In this document: positions 50,904-61,980 of the stretch, piece after piece | Position numbering within the stretch: the first letter of the stretch is position 1 | How the letters are laid out: every line of letters starts with the position of its first letter | The notes under the pieces: model-generated | What the model was told of the DNA's origin: nothing | The model's database searches: none | The model's input: the letters and a program-made list of their open reading frames with translations, nothing else | Program-made: the position numbers and the translations under genes | Assembly: GCA_040752855.1 (NCBI GenBank) | Contig: JBFMHP010000031.1 | Coordinates: forward strand, 10,340-74,339 | DNA: 64,000 nt | Reading direction: 5' to 3' | Source of the DNA: Pseudomonadota bacterium | GTDB lineage: Bacteria > Pseudomonadota > Gammaproteobacteria > RBG-16-57-12

Positions 50904-53441
50904 ATGTCCGTTTCAGATGAAAGCTTCTGGCGCCTGCCTTTAACCCAAGTGCTGGCCGAGCTCGATGCCTCGATACAGGGGCTGACTGCTACACAGGCAG
51001 CGGCGCGCCTTGCATCCTGCGGGCCCAATCTCCTGCGTCCTGGCCGCAGGCGCGCCGTGGTCGTGGAGTTTCTCGCGCGGTTTCGCAATCCCTTGGTGAT
51101 CGTGCTGCTTGCGGCGAGCGGTGTTACTGCGCTGATGGGCGATGTTACGGGATTTTTGATCATCGCCGCGATTGTGCTCATGAGCGTCACGCTGGACTTC
51201 GTACAGGAGTACCGGGCGGGGCGTGCTGCGGACAAGCTGCGCCAGTCCGTGGCGGTGCGCGCCACCGTATTGCGTGATCGACACGCGCAGGAAATCCCGC
51301 TGAGCGATGTAGTGCCGGGCGATGTCGTCTTGCTTGCGGCAGGTGATCTGGTTCCAGCCGATGGGCGCATCCTGGAGGCGCGGGACTGCTTCGTCAATCA
51401 GTCGCTGTTGACCGGCGAGTCCTACCCCGTGGAAAAGCGCCCGGGCGAGTTGTCCGCCACGGAACAGGATCTGAGCGCAGCGGATAACGCCGCCTTCATG
51501 GGTACTTCGGTGGTCAGCGGCAGTGCGAAACTGCTGATTTGCAGAACGGGCACGTCCACCGCGGTGGCACAGATCGCGGAAGTGCTGACCGCCAAGGCAC
51601 CGCCGACCGCATTCGAGATTGGCACGCGGCGCTTCGGCATGTTGATCATGCGCCTGACCGTGTTGCTCGTGCTGTCGGTGTTGTTGATCAATGCGCTGTT
51701 TGAACGCCCGTTGTTGGAGTCGTTTCTATTTGCGGTCGCCCTGGCGGTCGGGCTGACCCCGGAGTTGCTGCCGATGGTCATCACCGTCACACTGTCGCGC
51801 GGGGCGCTGCGCATGGCGCGCAAACATGTGATCGTCAAGCGCCTGGCGGCGATACAAAATCTCGGCGGCATGGATGTGCTGTGCACCGACAAGACCGGGA
51901 CGCTCACCGAGGCGCGCATTCGTCTGGAGCGTCATCTCGATCCCCACGGGCGCGACAACGAGCGCGTGCTGCAACTCGCTTATCTCAACAGCTATTTCGA
52001 GACCGGCCTGCGCAGCCCACTGGATGAGGCGATCCTGGAGCACAAAGAAATCGGCGTGGGATCTTGGCGCAAGCTCGATGAAGTGCCTTTCGACTTCGAG
52101 CGGCGACGCGTATCGGTGCTGGTCGATGACGGCCGCGAACGGCTGCTGGTAGTCAAAGGTGCGCCCGAGGATATGCTGCGCCTCTCCACCGCCTACACCG
52201 CGGACGGCATGGAAAGCGCGCAACCGCTCGATGAGCCGATGCGCATACGTCTTCAGGCGCTGCACGACGACTTGGCGCGCGAGGGCTTTCGCGTGCTCGG
52301 CATCGCCTGGCGGCGCGTGGCGTTGGATCATCCGCATGCGGTGGTGGACGATGAAACGGAACTGGTATTCGCAGGCTACGCCGCCTTTCTCGATCCGCCC
52401 AAGGTGAGCGCCGCACCGGCGCTGCACTCCCTGGCCGCCGGCGGTGTGGCCCTCAAGATCGTCACAGGCGACAATGAGCTGGTGACGCGCCATGTGTGTG
52501 CGCAACTCGGTATCGCGGTCACCGGCGTATTGAGTGGTCATGACATACAGCAGCTCGATGATCACGCGCTCCAGGCGCAAGTGGAAAATGTGAATCTCTT
52601 TTGCCGCGTCACGCCGGCGCAAAAAAATCGCATCATACTCGCGTTGAAGGCCCGCGGCCATACCGTCGGCTACCTAGGCGACGGCGTCAACGACGCGCCC
52701 GCGCTGCACTCGGCGGATGTCGGTGTTTCCGTTGACAGCGCCGTGGATGTCGCCAAGGAGGCGGCGGATCTCATTTTGTTGCGGCACGATTTGCATGTGC
52801 TGCACGAGGGCGTGCTCGAGGGCCGGCGCACCTTCGGCAATATTATGAAGTACATCATGATGGGGACCAGCTCGAATTTCGGCAACATGTTCAGCATGGC
52901 CGGCGCGACGTTGTTTCTGCCGTTCTTGCCGATGCTGCCGATGCAGATCCTGCTCAACAATCTGCTCTACGACATCTCCGAGATCGCCATCCCCATGGAC
53001 CGGGTCGAGCGGCGCTTCCTCACGCGCCCGCAACACTGGGACATGAACTTCATCCGCAATTTCATGTGGGTGGTCGGGCCGGTGAGTTCGCTGTTCGACT
53101 TTCTCACCTTTTTCGTCATGCTCAAGATATTCGACGCCGGCGAGGCGCTGTTTCAAACCGGCTGGTTCATCGAGTCCATGGCCACTCAGGTGTTGGTGAT
53201 CTTTGTGATCCGCACCGTCCATAACCCGCTGCGTAGCCGCCCGGCAACGGCGCTCACCGCCACTTCGCTGGCGGTGGTGCTTATCGCCGCGGCGTTGCCG
53301 TTGAGCCCGCTTGCGCCCTACCTTGGTTTCGTAGCACCGCCGCCGGCATTCTACGCGGTGCTGGTGGTCATGGTGTTGTGCTATCTGGCGAGCGTTGAAA
53401 TCGTCAAACGCTATTTTTACCGGCGCTTTGGAAGGCACTGA
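50904..53441 (+). CDS. mgtA: Magnesium-translocating P-type ATPase
   Basis: DKTGTLT phosphorylation site, TGES, GDGVNDAPAL, and MgtA-specific blocks (VPFDFERRRVSV, GRRTFGNIMKYIMMGTSSNFGNMFS, LPFLPMLPMQILLNNLLYD). The ATG at 50904 is preceded by GGAGG. The ORF track extends it to GTG 50883. Confidence 0.85.
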   Translation: MSVSDESFWRLPLTQVLAELDASIQGLTATQAAARLASCGPNLLRPGRRRAVVVEFLARFRNPLVIVLLAASGVTALMGDVTGFLIIAAIVLMSVTLDFVQEYRAGRAADKLRQSVAVRATVLRDRHAQEIPLSDVVPGDVVLLAAGDLVPADGRILEARDCFVNQSLLTGESYPVEKRPGELSATEQDLSAADNAAFMGTSVVSGSAKLLICRTGTSTAVAQIAEVLTAKAPPTAFEIGTRRFGMLIMRLTVLLVLSVLLINALFERPLLESFLFAVALAVGLTPELLPMVITVTLSRGALRMARKHVIVKRLAAIQNLGGMDVLCTDKTGTLTEARIRLERHLDPHGRDNERVLQLAYLNSYFETGLRSPLDEAILEHKEIGVGSWRKLDEVPFDFERRRVSVLVDDGRERLLVVKGAPEDMLRLSTAYTADGMESAQPLDEPMRIRLQALHDDLAREGFRVLGIAWRRVALDHPHAVVDDETELVFAGYAAFLDPPKVSAAPALHSLAAGGVALKIVTGDNELVTRHVCAQLGIAVTGVLSGHDIQQLDDHALQAQVENVNLFCRVTPAQKNRIILALKARGHTVGYLGDGVNDAPALHSADVGVSVDSAVDVAKEAADLILLRHDLHVLHEGVLEGRRTFGNIMKYIMMGTSSNFGNMFSMAGATLFLPFLPMLPMQILLNNLLYDISEIAIPMDRVERRFLTRPQHWDMNFIRNFMWVVGPVSSLFDFLTFFVMLKIFDAGEALFQTGWFIESMATQVLVIFVIRTVHNPLRSRPATALTATSLAVVLIAAALPLSPLAPYLGFVAPPPAFYAVLVVMVLCYLASVEIVKRYFYRRFGRH

Positions 53442-53490
53442 TGCGCGTACTTTTGCGACTTCAATCCGCGGTTTCTTTTGGAACCCTGCA

Positions 53491-53548
53491 TGTAGGAGCC
53501 TGCCCTGCAGGCGAGGACACTCTTTCGCGAGCAGGGCTCGCTCCTACA
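53491..53548. repeat. Pseudomonas-type REP hairpin (TGTAGGAGC...GCTCCTACA)
   Basis: tgtaggagcctgccctgc-22 nt loop-gcagggctcgctcctaca, immediately after the mgtA stop. Confidence 0.75.
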
Positions 53549-53599
53549 CGATTATTTTTATCCGCCATATCAGGAAATCACTCATCTATCAGAGGTTCC

Positions 53600-54022
53600 T
53601 TAGTTATGCATCGCTGGTGCAGGCGTGGCGGTCGCGGCCGGCGCGGGTGCAACAGCGCCGGGAGCAGGCTGCGGCTCATCGACCAGCGTGACTTTGGTCA
53701 CGTAGTAGCGGGTTTCGCCAAAGCAACTGGTGGGCAATCCGACCTTCTGCTCGTAATGCAGCGCCACCCGTTTGCCGATGGAGCGGTTTATGCTCTCGGC
53801 GACTTCGTCATCCCGCACGGTGAAGTAAAACTTTTCCGGCATGCTGCCAGGCATGGCAACCATCGACAGTTCGCCTTCCCATGTTTTGCAGATCCAGCCC
53901 TTGTGCGATATCTTCTGCACCCACCCCGCGCGTTCGCCGACCGAGTAATTCCAATTGAGAAAAATCAAAAAGTAGACCGCCACCAGGGCGGCCAGCGCAG
54001 CGATAGCACCGAAGATACGCAT
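53600..54022 (-). CDS. Hypothetical N-terminally membrane-anchored protein (140 aa) with a Pro/Ala-rich tail
   Basis: N-terminal TM helix (IFGAIAALAALVAVYFLIFL) and a C-terminal PQPAPGAVAPAPAATATPAPA segment. It is embedded in a repeat-rich islet. Confidence 0.4.
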   Translation of the reverse strand: MRIFGAIAALAALVAVYFLIFLNWNYSVGERAGWVQKISHKGWICKTWEGELSMVAMPGSMPEKFYFTVRDDEVAESINRSIGKRVALHYEQKVGLPTSCFGETRYYVTKVTLVDEPQPAPGAVAPAPAATATPAPAMHN

Positions 54023-54094
54023 GATTTGCTCCTTAGCAGATTGCTGGAAACCACCCTGCCTTTAGAGGGTTGGGATGAGGGGGCAACGAGGTGC

Positions 54095-54160
54095 CCGCGC
54101 CTGATTGTATCCCATCCTTCCGATCTTCTCGACTCGGGCTCAGGGCTTCGTCGCGAGAGA
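54095..54160. repeat. Partial copy 3 of the REP-like family
   Basis: tcccatccttccgatcttctcgactcgggctcagggcttcgtcgc matches ccccctcatcctgtccttctcgactcgggttccggacttcgttc from copy 1. Confidence 0.6.
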
Positions 54161-54306
54161 GCGGGGCTGCGATGCATTTTTCAGCGGCTTGTCGAAGCAG
54201 CGGGGGTGGCGGTGCGTCGGACTGTCTTCGCACTGCGCCGCAAGGTATTCGGGTGTTGGTGGTGGGGGGGACGCGCAGACGCGACGAATGTCGCGCCAAA
54301 GATTGA

Positions 54307-54852
54307 TCACCAGCGGCGCACGCGTCCCGTATCGATGTGCACAAAATCAGATTTGGGGTAGTAGCCGACCCCGCCCGCACGCAGCGCCAGGGCCGCGTCG
54401 CGCAGATCTTTCAGCGCGCAGCCGGGGAGCCGGATGTCGATCGCCATTCCCTGCATATGCAGGCTTTTGCTGGCGACGCCGTCGCTGCGAACGGCCAAGG
54501 CGGCATTGCTGGCCGGGGAACGATAGCCGGAGATGATCTCGAAGGGCCGCGTATTCTCGACCCGGCCCTGCAGCGCGAACAGCAGATCGAGCAGGCGGGC
54601 TTCCATAGCGGTCGTTTCGTTGGTGCGGTGATCACGCAGGATGTGGTTGATCTCCGCCAGTGAGTCGGCCAGATACTCGTCCTGCGCCCAGTACACCGTG
54701 CGCAGCGTTTCGCCGGTGTGCGTGTTGTAAAAAGCCAGGGCGCGCTCGGGCAGGGCCAAGCGTGTTTTGGCGAGCGCGAGCGATGGTGCAACGCTGGCGC
54801 CGGCGAGTACCAAGCCCCATTTCAATAGGTTGCGCCGCGTAAGCGTCGGCAT
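54307..54852 (-). CDS. ycbK: YcbK/DUF882 family Tat-secreted peptidase M15-like protein
   Basis: Twin-arginine signal (MPTLTRRNLLKWGLVLAGASVAPSLALA) followed by the DUF882 core. The start was trimmed from the ORF-track 54870 to the Met preceding the Tat motif. Confidence 0.75.
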   Translation of the reverse strand: MPTLTRRNLLKWGLVLAGASVAPSLALAKTRLALPERALAFYNTHTGETLRTVYWAQDEYLADSLAEINHILRDHRTNETTAMEARLLDLLFALQGRVENTRPFEIISGYRSPASNAALAVRSDGVASKSLHMQGMAIDIRLPGCALKDLRDAALALRAGGVGYYPKSDFVHIDTGRVRRW

Positions 54853-54996
54853 GATGCGAATGTCCTCCAAGTCGGCCCGAGCGGTTCGGGGCCTGTCATA
54901 GCTAAATCGGCTGTTTCTTTGGTGAACTAAAATACCTCGCTACGCAGGGCCTGTCTGCCCGCTCTTTCACAAAATTGGACGCGGAAGTGAACCGGG

Positions 54997-55959
54997 CTAG
55001 GGCGGGGGAGATCGAGTCACATCCCGTGCCACGCCTTCCTGGGCGGCGATGACCGCTTCGGCGGCCGGCCAGTCGATGCGCTCGGCCAGTTGATAGGCCT
55101 CGGCAGTGGCGCGCAAGGTTTCCAGAGTGGCCTCGCCCCGGCGGTAAACATCGGGATGAGCCTCGAGGAAAAGGCGCCCGTCATCGCGCAGGGCGAGCAG
55201 GAGTGGCCGGTAGACGATGCGCACCGGCATGCCGATGCGCACCTCGGTAAACAGCGCCTCGATGTCGTCGGGATGCACGCGGATGCAGCCGTGGCTGCGA
55301 AACTGGTAGATGCTCATGGGCGCGATCGTGCTGTGGATGCCGTAACCCGGTCGGCTCAGGCCGAGCCAATATTTGCCCAGCGGATTGTCAGGGCCTGGCG
55401 GTACGCGGGTCCGCACGATCTGGCCTTCGCGACGCATTTCTTCTTGTATGGAGACAGGTACGATCCAGTCCTTGTTGATTTCACGGCTGCGCACCGTGAA
55501 TTCCCCGCTGGGCGTGGGCCAGCTGCGCCGCCCCAGTCCCACGGGATAGACACGCGACAGGTTGCCTTCGCGAAAAAAGAACAGCATGCGCTGTGGCAGG
55601 TTGATCAGGATACCTTCGTTCAGACGCTCGGGCATGATGTGCAGCGCATTGATCTTCAGATGCTGACCGGGAAAAATCAGTCCGTCGTAGTCGATCGCGT
55701 TGTCACGTGCAATGGTGTGGGCGTCAACGCCGTAGCGTGCGCCGATCTTGATCAGAAAATCGTCCGGTTGGACGATATAGTCGAACTCGCTGCCGGTCGT
55801 CGTATCTGAAAGCGGAAGCAGGCTCTCCGCCGAGGCTTTCAGCGGTTGAGCGCACAGCATGATGCACGCAATCACCACAGTAAACTCAATCCGCGCGCGA
55901 GGGGGCGGTGGAGCGGCCTTGCCGGATACTCCACAGTAGCGCAGCAGGCGCTTGAACAT
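54997..55959 (-). CDS. LysM-domain L,D-transpeptidase (YcbB/LdtD-like)
   Basis: LysM segment (DYIVQPDDFLIKIGARYGVDAHTIARDNAIDYDGLIFPGQHLKI) and the YkuD catalytic motif (SHGCIRV). The start was chosen at the Met preceding a signal-like hydrophobic segment. The ORF-track start at 56136 may be an over-extension. Confidence 0.7.
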   Translation of the reverse strand: MFKRLLRYCGVSGKAAPPPPRARIEFTVVIACIMLCAQPLKASAESLLPLSDTTTGSEFDYIVQPDDFLIKIGARYGVDAHTIARDNAIDYDGLIFPGQHLKINALHIMPERLNEGILINLPQRMLFFFREGNLSRVYPVGLGRRSWPTPSGEFTVRSREINKDWIVPVSIQEEMRREGQIVRTRVPPGPDNPLGKYWLGLSRPGYGIHSTIAPMSIYQFRSHGCIRVHPDDIEALFTEVRIGMPVRIVYRPLLLALRDDGRLFLEAHPDVYRRGEATLETLRATAEAYQLAERIDWPAAEAVIAAQEGVARDVTRSPPP

Positions 55960-56348
55960 TCGGTCAATCCGTTTCTGGACCTGTTGATACGTCGACAGCA
56001 TCTCGTCAAAGAACATGGACAAATCTACCTCGAAAGTCGGGAAGAGGGCGTGCTGATCACTCTCGCGCCTCAACCACGCGCACATTTGATTTTGTAAGGA
56101 CTTGTGTCGATTGATTGATGTCATCGCCGAACGCAATCATGAATTGGCATTCTCAACAGCAAAAGTAACGCTCAATCGTTGCATAAATTTATGAGTTCAG
56201 GAACTTTTTGGATCAGCAGGCGGTCTTGGACAAAAAATTATGCAACCGTCGGCTAATATAATAGTAGCGGTTGATCGTGCGGCCATGGTCAGGTTGGCGG
56301 TCGCGAGCAGCACCACTACCTTTGACCTGACATGGACAGGGCATCCAA

Positions 56349-59300
56349 GTGAAATTACCTGAAGATCACTACTGGCACAAAGACGCCATCGTCTATCAGT
56401 TGCATGTGCGCGCCTACTACGACAGCAATGGCGATGGCATCGGCGATTTTGCTGGACTGAGCACCAAGCTCGACTATCTCAAGGACTTGGGTGTCACCGC
56501 GCTGTGGTTGCTGCCGTTCTATCCTTCACCCCTGCGCGATGACGGCTACGACATCGCGGATTATCGCGGTGTGCATCCCGATTACGGCACTCTCGCCGAT
56601 TTCCGCCATTTTCTGCGCGAGGCACACAAGCGCGGCCTCAGGGTCATTACCGAGTTGGTCATCAATCATACCTCTGACCAACACCCGTGGTTTCAGGCGG
56701 CGCGTGCGGCGGCGCCGGGCTCGACCAAACGCGACTACTACGTATGGAGCGAAACGGCCATGCGTTATGAAGGGGCGCGTATCATCTTCACCGATTACGA
56801 GAAATCCAATTGGGCTTGGGACGATACGGCAAAGGCCTATTATTGGCATCGTTTTTTTTCCCACCAACCCGATCTCAATTTTGATAATCCGCATGTGGTA
56901 AGAGCGGTGCTGCGCGCCATGAATTTTTGGTTGGATGTGGGGGTCGATGGGCTACGCTTGGATGCCATTCCCTATCTTATCGAGCGCGAAGGTACCAATT
57001 GCGAGAATCTTCCCGAGACCCACGCCGTGATCAAACATCTGCGCGCCGAACTGGATCGCCGCTACACGGATCGGATCTTTCTTGCCGAGGCCAATCAGTG
57101 GCCGGAAGACGTGCGCGAGTATTTCGGTGACGGCGACGAGTGCCACATGGCCTTCCATTTTCCGCTCATGCCGCGCATCTTCATGGCCATCGCGCAGGAG
57201 GACCGCCACCCCATCACAGAGATTATGGCGCAGACCCCGGAAATACCGGAAAACTGCCAGTGGGCGATCTTTCTGCGCAATCATGACGAACTGACCCTGG
57301 AGATGGTCACCGATCGTGAACGCGATTACATGTACGATGTCTACGCGACCGACCCGCGCGCCCGCCTCAATCTTGGCATCCGGCGCCGGCTGGCGCCGCT
57401 GATGGACAACGACCGGGCCAAGATCGAACTGCTCAACAGCGTGCTACTGTCGATGCCCGGGACACCGATCATTTATTACGGCGATGAAATAGGGATGGGC
57501 GACAACATCTATCTCGGCGATCGCAACGGTGTGCGCACGCCCATGCAATGGGGCCCGGACCGCAATGCGGGTTTCTCGCGGACCGATCCGCAGCGGCTGT
57601 ATCTGCCACCCATTATGGATCCGGTGTTCGGTTATGAGGCACTGAATGTTGAGGCGCAAAGCCGCAATGCCAGTTCATTGCTTAATTGGATGCGGCGCTT
57701 GATCGCCACGCGTGCGGCACACAAGGCCTTCGGGCGCGGCGGCATCACGTTTTTGCGGCCGGGCAATCGCAAGATATTGGCCTATGTGCGCGAGCACCAC
57801 GATGAAGTCATACTCTGCGTGGTCAATCTTTCACGCAGCGCCCAGCCGGTGGAATTGGACTTGGCGGCGTACAAAGGACGGGTGCTGGTGGAGTTGCTGG
57901 GTCGCTCGGTGTTTCCCGCCATCGGCGAACTGCCTTATTTGCTGAGTTTGCCGCGCTATGGGTTTTACTGGTTTCGACTGGCCGCCGATGTGGATGCGCC
58001 GGTTTGGCATGTTGACAAGCTGCCGCGCGAGGAGTTGCCGGTACTGGTGCTGCCCGAGGGGCTGCTGGCGGTGTTCATGGCCAAGGCCGCCGGCGAGGTG
58101 CGCGATGTGCTCGCGCACAAGACTGTCGAGCAATTGAAGAGCGTGGTGCTGCCGGGTTTTCTCACCGCGCAGGGTTGGTTCGCTGGCAAGGGCAGACAGA
58201 TTGCCGGGATAGCGCTGGAGGTGAATCGCGAATGGCGCGGACCGGAGGGACGGGAATGGCTGCCTGTGCTGATCAAGGTTACATTCACGACCGGTGCGAC
58301 ACAGAGTTATTTTCTGCCACTGGGCTTGTTGCTCGATCAGGCCGCTGAGCGACAATACCACCTCCTGTCACCGTGGATGCTGGCCAAGGTCCGACAGCGC
58401 GCCAAGGTGGGCATGCTCTACGACGCGCTGGGCGAGGATGCCTTTTGCAGCCTGCTGCTCGACACCATCGTCCGGTCTGGCCGCCTGCCGTTTGCCGCCG
58501 GAGAGATGGTGTTTATGAGGGCGGCGGCATGTCCCGATTTGCCGGCCGTGTTGCCGGTGGCGCGACCGGGCTTGGAGCAGAGCAATACTTCGCTCGTCTT
58601 CGGCGAGCAAGTCGTTCTCAAGGTCTACCGTCGTGTGCAGGAAGGCATCAATCCTGAATTGGAGATGGGGCGTTTTCTGAGTGAGATCTCGCCTTGCCCC
58701 AACATCGCACCCTTGGCGGGCGCCATGGAATATCACAGTCACGGCACCGTCACCGCCATCGGGGTGATGCACCGTTATATACCCAACCAGGGCAGTGCCT
58801 GGCATTACACGCGCGATTATCTCGATCGCTATTTCACTTTGTGCATCGAGGAGCCTGATCGCGCCCATGAACAGGATGTCCATGCACTCTATCTTGAGCA
58901 GATGGCCACGCTGGGCCGGCGCAGCGGAGAACTGCATCGCGCCCTCGCGGTGAACACCGGCAATCCGGCCTTCGATCCCGAGCCGCTTTCTGCACGAGAT
59001 CTCGCTGTGCAATCTGATCGGATCCGCGAACTCCTCGTCACGGTGTTCGACAAGCTGGAAAAGGAATACCAAAGTTTTCCGGCGCATCTGTATGGCACGT
59101 GCGAGCATCTGCTCGGCGCGCGCGTCCACGCCATGGAGGTGGCGTTGCGGCCGGTGGCCGGCGAGCAGGTACTGTACAAGACGCGCATCCATGGCAATTT
59201 TCATCTCGGCCAGGTGTTGATCACGCACAACGACTTCGTCATCACCGATTTTGAAGGCGATCCCGATCGTCCCCTGGAAGAGCGGCGCGCGAAGTATTCG

Positions 59301-59654
59301 CCCCTTAAGGATGTGGCGGGGCTGCGTTATTCATTGGAGGCTGCAGCGGTGACGGCGTTGCACCGCCATCTTGCCGAGCGTCCCGATCATCGCGACTTGC
59401 TGGAGCCGTTGGCGCGCGCATGGCGAGACGCAGCGCTGGCAGCCTTTTCAGGCGGCTACCGCGCTGCGATGACCGGCTGCGTTTCATTTCCGGTCGAAGC
59501 GGGGCAGGTTCAAGCGGTAACGGAACGACACTTATTGGATAAGGCGCTGGAGGAAGTGGGCGCCGCGCTGGCAGGGCGCGTGAGCGAGTTGGAGACGGCG
59601 CTGCGGATCTTGCTCGACATGCTTGAGATTAGACCGGTTTCTGAATCCCTGTGA
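56349..59654 (+). CDS. treS: Trehalose synthase fused to maltokinase (TreS-Mak/Pep2), 1101 aa
   Basis: N-terminal GH13 TreS signatures ([35 protein letters not shown]) and a C-terminal ~450-aa maltokinase-like domain. Confidence 0.88.
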   Translation: MKLPEDHYWHKDAIVYQLHVRAYYDSNGDGIGDFAGLSTKLDYLKDLGVTALWLLPFYPSPLRDDGYDIADYRGVHPDYGTLADFRHFLREAHKRGLRVITELVINHTSDQHPWFQAARAAAPGSTKRDYYVWSETAMRYEGARIIFTDYEKSNWAWDDTAKAYYWHRFFSHQPDLNFDNPHVVRAVLRAMNFWLDVGVDGLRLDAIPYLIEREGTNCENLPETHAVIKHLRAELDRRYTDRIFLAEANQWPEDVREYFGDGDECHMAFHFPLMPRIFMAIAQEDRHPITEIMAQTPEIPENCQWAIFLRNHDELTLEMVTDRERDYMYDVYATDPRARLNLGIRRRLAPLMDNDRAKIELLNSVLLSMPGTPIIYYGDEIGMGDNIYLGDRNGVRTPMQWGPDRNAGFSRTDPQRLYLPPIMDPVFGYEALNVEAQSRNASSLLNWMRRLIATRAAHKAFGRGGITFLRPGNRKILAYVREHHDEVILCVVNLSRSAQPVELDLAAYKGRVLVELLGRSVFPAIGELPYLLSLPRYGFYWFRLAADVDAPVWHVDKLPREELPVLVLPEGLLAVFMAKAAGEVRDVLAHKTVEQLKSVVLPGFLTAQGWFAGKGRQIAGIALEVNREWRGPEGREWLPVLIKVTFTTGATQSYFLPLGLLLDQAAERQYHLLSPWMLAKVRQRAKVGMLYDALGEDAFCSLLLDTIVRSGRLPFAAGEMVFMRAAACPDLPAVLPVARPGLEQSNTSLVFGEQVVLKVYRRVQEGINPELEMGRFLSEISPCPNIAPLAGAMEYHSHGTVTAIGVMHRYIPNQGSAWHYTRDYLDRYFTLCIEEPDRAHEQDVHALYLEQMATLGRRSGELHRALAVNTGNPAFDPEPLSARDLAVQSDRIRELLVTVFDKLEKEYQSFPAHLYGTCEHLLGARVHAMEVALRPVAGEQVLYKTRIHGNFHLGQVLITHNDFVITDFEGDPDRPLEERRAKYSPLKDVAGLRYSLEAAAVTALHRHLAERPDHRDLLEPLARAWRDAALAAFSGGYRAAMTGCVSFPVEAGQVQAVTERHLLDKALEEVGAALAGRVSELETALRILLDMLEIRPVSESL

Positions 59655-60141
59655 GGCAATGCTATATTTGGCCCGCGAGTGGTTGCCTTAGTGCTGGCCG
59701 GCGGCATGGGCAAGCGCATTTATCCGCTGGCACGATCCAGGCGTGGTACTGGATCGCTACAATGTTACCGAGTCGGGCAGGGGCATCGGCTTTGATCCGG
59801 AAGCGGATCGCCTGTACCGCGTGCTCTGAGAATTCCAGGATGGAATTATTCAGATCTTCCTGAGTATGTCTCGAATCTAGGAATTCGACGCAAAACGGGC
59901 TATACAGAAATACAGACAAAACCACATTCCAGCGCAAGCTCAGCTTGTTATCCGCCGCTGGCGTTACCGAAAAGATTGGCGAGATGAAGCACTTGGCACT
60001 CATTTGAGCAATCGATCCTTCTGCCGCGCAGTCTTACTGAATGCAAATCCGCGGTGGATTGGTCAAGGGGCGTCGGGCGCCTGTTGGTTACACCCATGCT
60101 CATCGCAGTGAATTTCTGAACAGATTCGTGGAGAGATAACG

Positions 60142-61980
60142 GTGGTGAGGACAATACACCGCATGCCCTTCGGCGCGCAGCTTACCGAGAAGAACGAGGT
60201 GCGCTTTCGTCTGTGGGCGCCGTCGGCGCAGCGCGTCATGCTCCTGATCGACAATGACGCGCCGGTGCCGATGCAAGCGTTGCAAGCAGGATGGTATGAG
60301 TGCATAAGCGCGCGGGCGCACCCGGGCAGTCGCTATCGCTATCAGATTGACGAAGGACAGTGGGTGCCCGATCCCGCCTCGCGTTTCAATCCGGATGACG
60401 TCCACGGCGCCAGTCAGGTGATTGACGCCGCATCCTTCGATTGGCAGGACAGCGCATGGCGAGGGCGCCCGTGGGAGGAGGCGGTGATCTATGAGGTCCA
60501 TGTCGGCACGTTCACGCCCCAGGGCACGTTCGCCGCGCTTGAACAACGGCTGGACTATCTTGCGGATCTTGGCATCACCGCCATCGAGCTGATGCCGGTG
60601 GCGGATTTCCCCGGTCGCTGCAATTGGGGCTACGATGGCGCCTTGCTCTTCGCGCCGGACAGCACATACGGCACACCCGATGATCTCAAACGGCTGGTGC
60701 AGAGCGCACACCGCCGCGGTCTGATGATGTTGCTGGACGTGGTGTACAACCATTTTGGGCCGGATGGCAATTACCTTCATCTGTGTGCGCCGCAGTTTTT
60801 CACCGACCATCACCACACGCCTTGGGGTGCGGCGGTCAATTTCGATGACAGGGCCAATCGTCCCGTGCGCGAATTTTACATCCACAATGCACTCTATTGG
60901 CTGGAAGAGTATCACTTCGACGGTCTGCGGCTGGACGCGGTCCATGCGATGCTCGATGACAGCCGGCCACACATCTTGGAAGAGATTGCGCAGACGGTAC
61001 GCGCAACGCTCGGCCAGGATCGTCACATCCATCTCATATTGGAAAATGACCACAACGCTGCTCGCTATCTGGAGCGCAGACGCGACGGCGCTATGGTGTA
61101 CTACGATGCGCAGTGGAATGACGATGCGCACCATGCCCTGCATGTATTGCTTACTGGCGAGCAAGACGGCTATTACGCCGACTACGCTGATCATCCGCTC
61201 GCTCATCTGGGACGATGCCTGACCGAAGGCTTTTCCTATCAAGGCGAGCCATCCGGTTACCGCCGGGGAGAACGGCGCGGTGAATCGAGCGCTCATCTGC
61301 CACCGACGGCGTTCGTGTCATTTTTGCAAAATCACGATCAGGTCGGGAATCGCGCCTTTGGTGAACGCCTTGCCGTGCTTGTAGTGCCGCAGGCTTTGCA
61401 TGCGGCAACCGCCTTGGTGTTGCTCGCGCCATCACCTCCGCTTTTATTCATGGGTGAGGAGTGGGGCGCGCGCGAACCGTTTCTGTTTTTTTGCGACTTC
61501 GGTGCCGATCTAGCCCGAGGTGTGACGGAAGGTCGGCGCAGGGATTTTGCGCGTTTCGAGCGCTTTCGCGATCCAGTGGCGCACGCAGCGATCCCCGATC
61601 CGTGCGCTGCGCAGACCTTTGAACGCTCGCGGCTGGATTGGTCGGCGCAGGAGCGCGTGCCGCACCGCCAGTGGCTGGCGCGGTATCGACACTTGCTGGC
61701 GCTGCGGCAGCGTCTCATCGTGCCGCGACTGCGCGGCGCCAGGGCCGACGGATATCGTGTGCTTGCGTCGCGTGCGCTGTGCGCAGCGTGGCGACTCGGC
61801 GATGGCGCGCGGCTTTCGGTCTATGCCAATCTGAGCGGCGAATCGATTTTGGTGAGCGAGGCGCCGGCATGCTCGCCGGTCTATTGCTGTGCTGAGGAAG
61901 CGGCGACGCAGTTGTGTTCCGGTGTATTGCCCGCATGGTCGGTGATTTGGTTTCTGGAGGGGCACGATGATGCATCTTGA
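60142..61980 (+). CDS. treZ: Malto-oligosyltrehalose trehalohydrolase (TreZ, GH13)
   Basis: N-terminal CBM48-like region (VRFRLWAPSAQRVMLL) and GH13 regions (LDVVYNHFGPDGNYL, GLRLDAVHAM, ENDHNAARYL). The start is either GTG 60142 or ATG 60163. Confidence 0.85.
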   Translation: MVRTIHRMPFGAQLTEKNEVRFRLWAPSAQRVMLLIDNDAPVPMQALQAGWYECISARAHPGSRYRYQIDEGQWVPDPASRFNPDDVHGASQVIDAASFDWQDSAWRGRPWEEAVIYEVHVGTFTPQGTFAALEQRLDYLADLGITAIELMPVADFPGRCNWGYDGALLFAPDSTYGTPDDLKRLVQSAHRRGLMMLLDVVYNHFGPDGNYLHLCAPQFFTDHHHTPWGAAVNFDDRANRPVREFYIHNALYWLEEYHFDGLRLDAVHAMLDDSRPHILEEIAQTVRATLGQDRHIHLILENDHNAARYLERRRDGAMVYYDAQWNDDAHHALHVLLTGEQDGYYADYADHPLAHLGRCLTEGFSYQGEPSGYRRGERRGESSAHLPPTAFVSFLQNHDQVGNRAFGERLAVLVVPQALHAATALVLLAPSPPLLFMGEEWGAREPFLFFCDFGADLARGVTEGRRRDFARFERFRDPVAHAAIPDPCAAQTFERSRLDWSAQERVPHRQWLARYRHLLALRQRLIVPRLRGARADGYRVLASRALCAAWRLGDGARLSVYANLSGESILVSEAPACSPVYCCAEEAATQLCSGVLPAWSVIWFLEGHDDAS

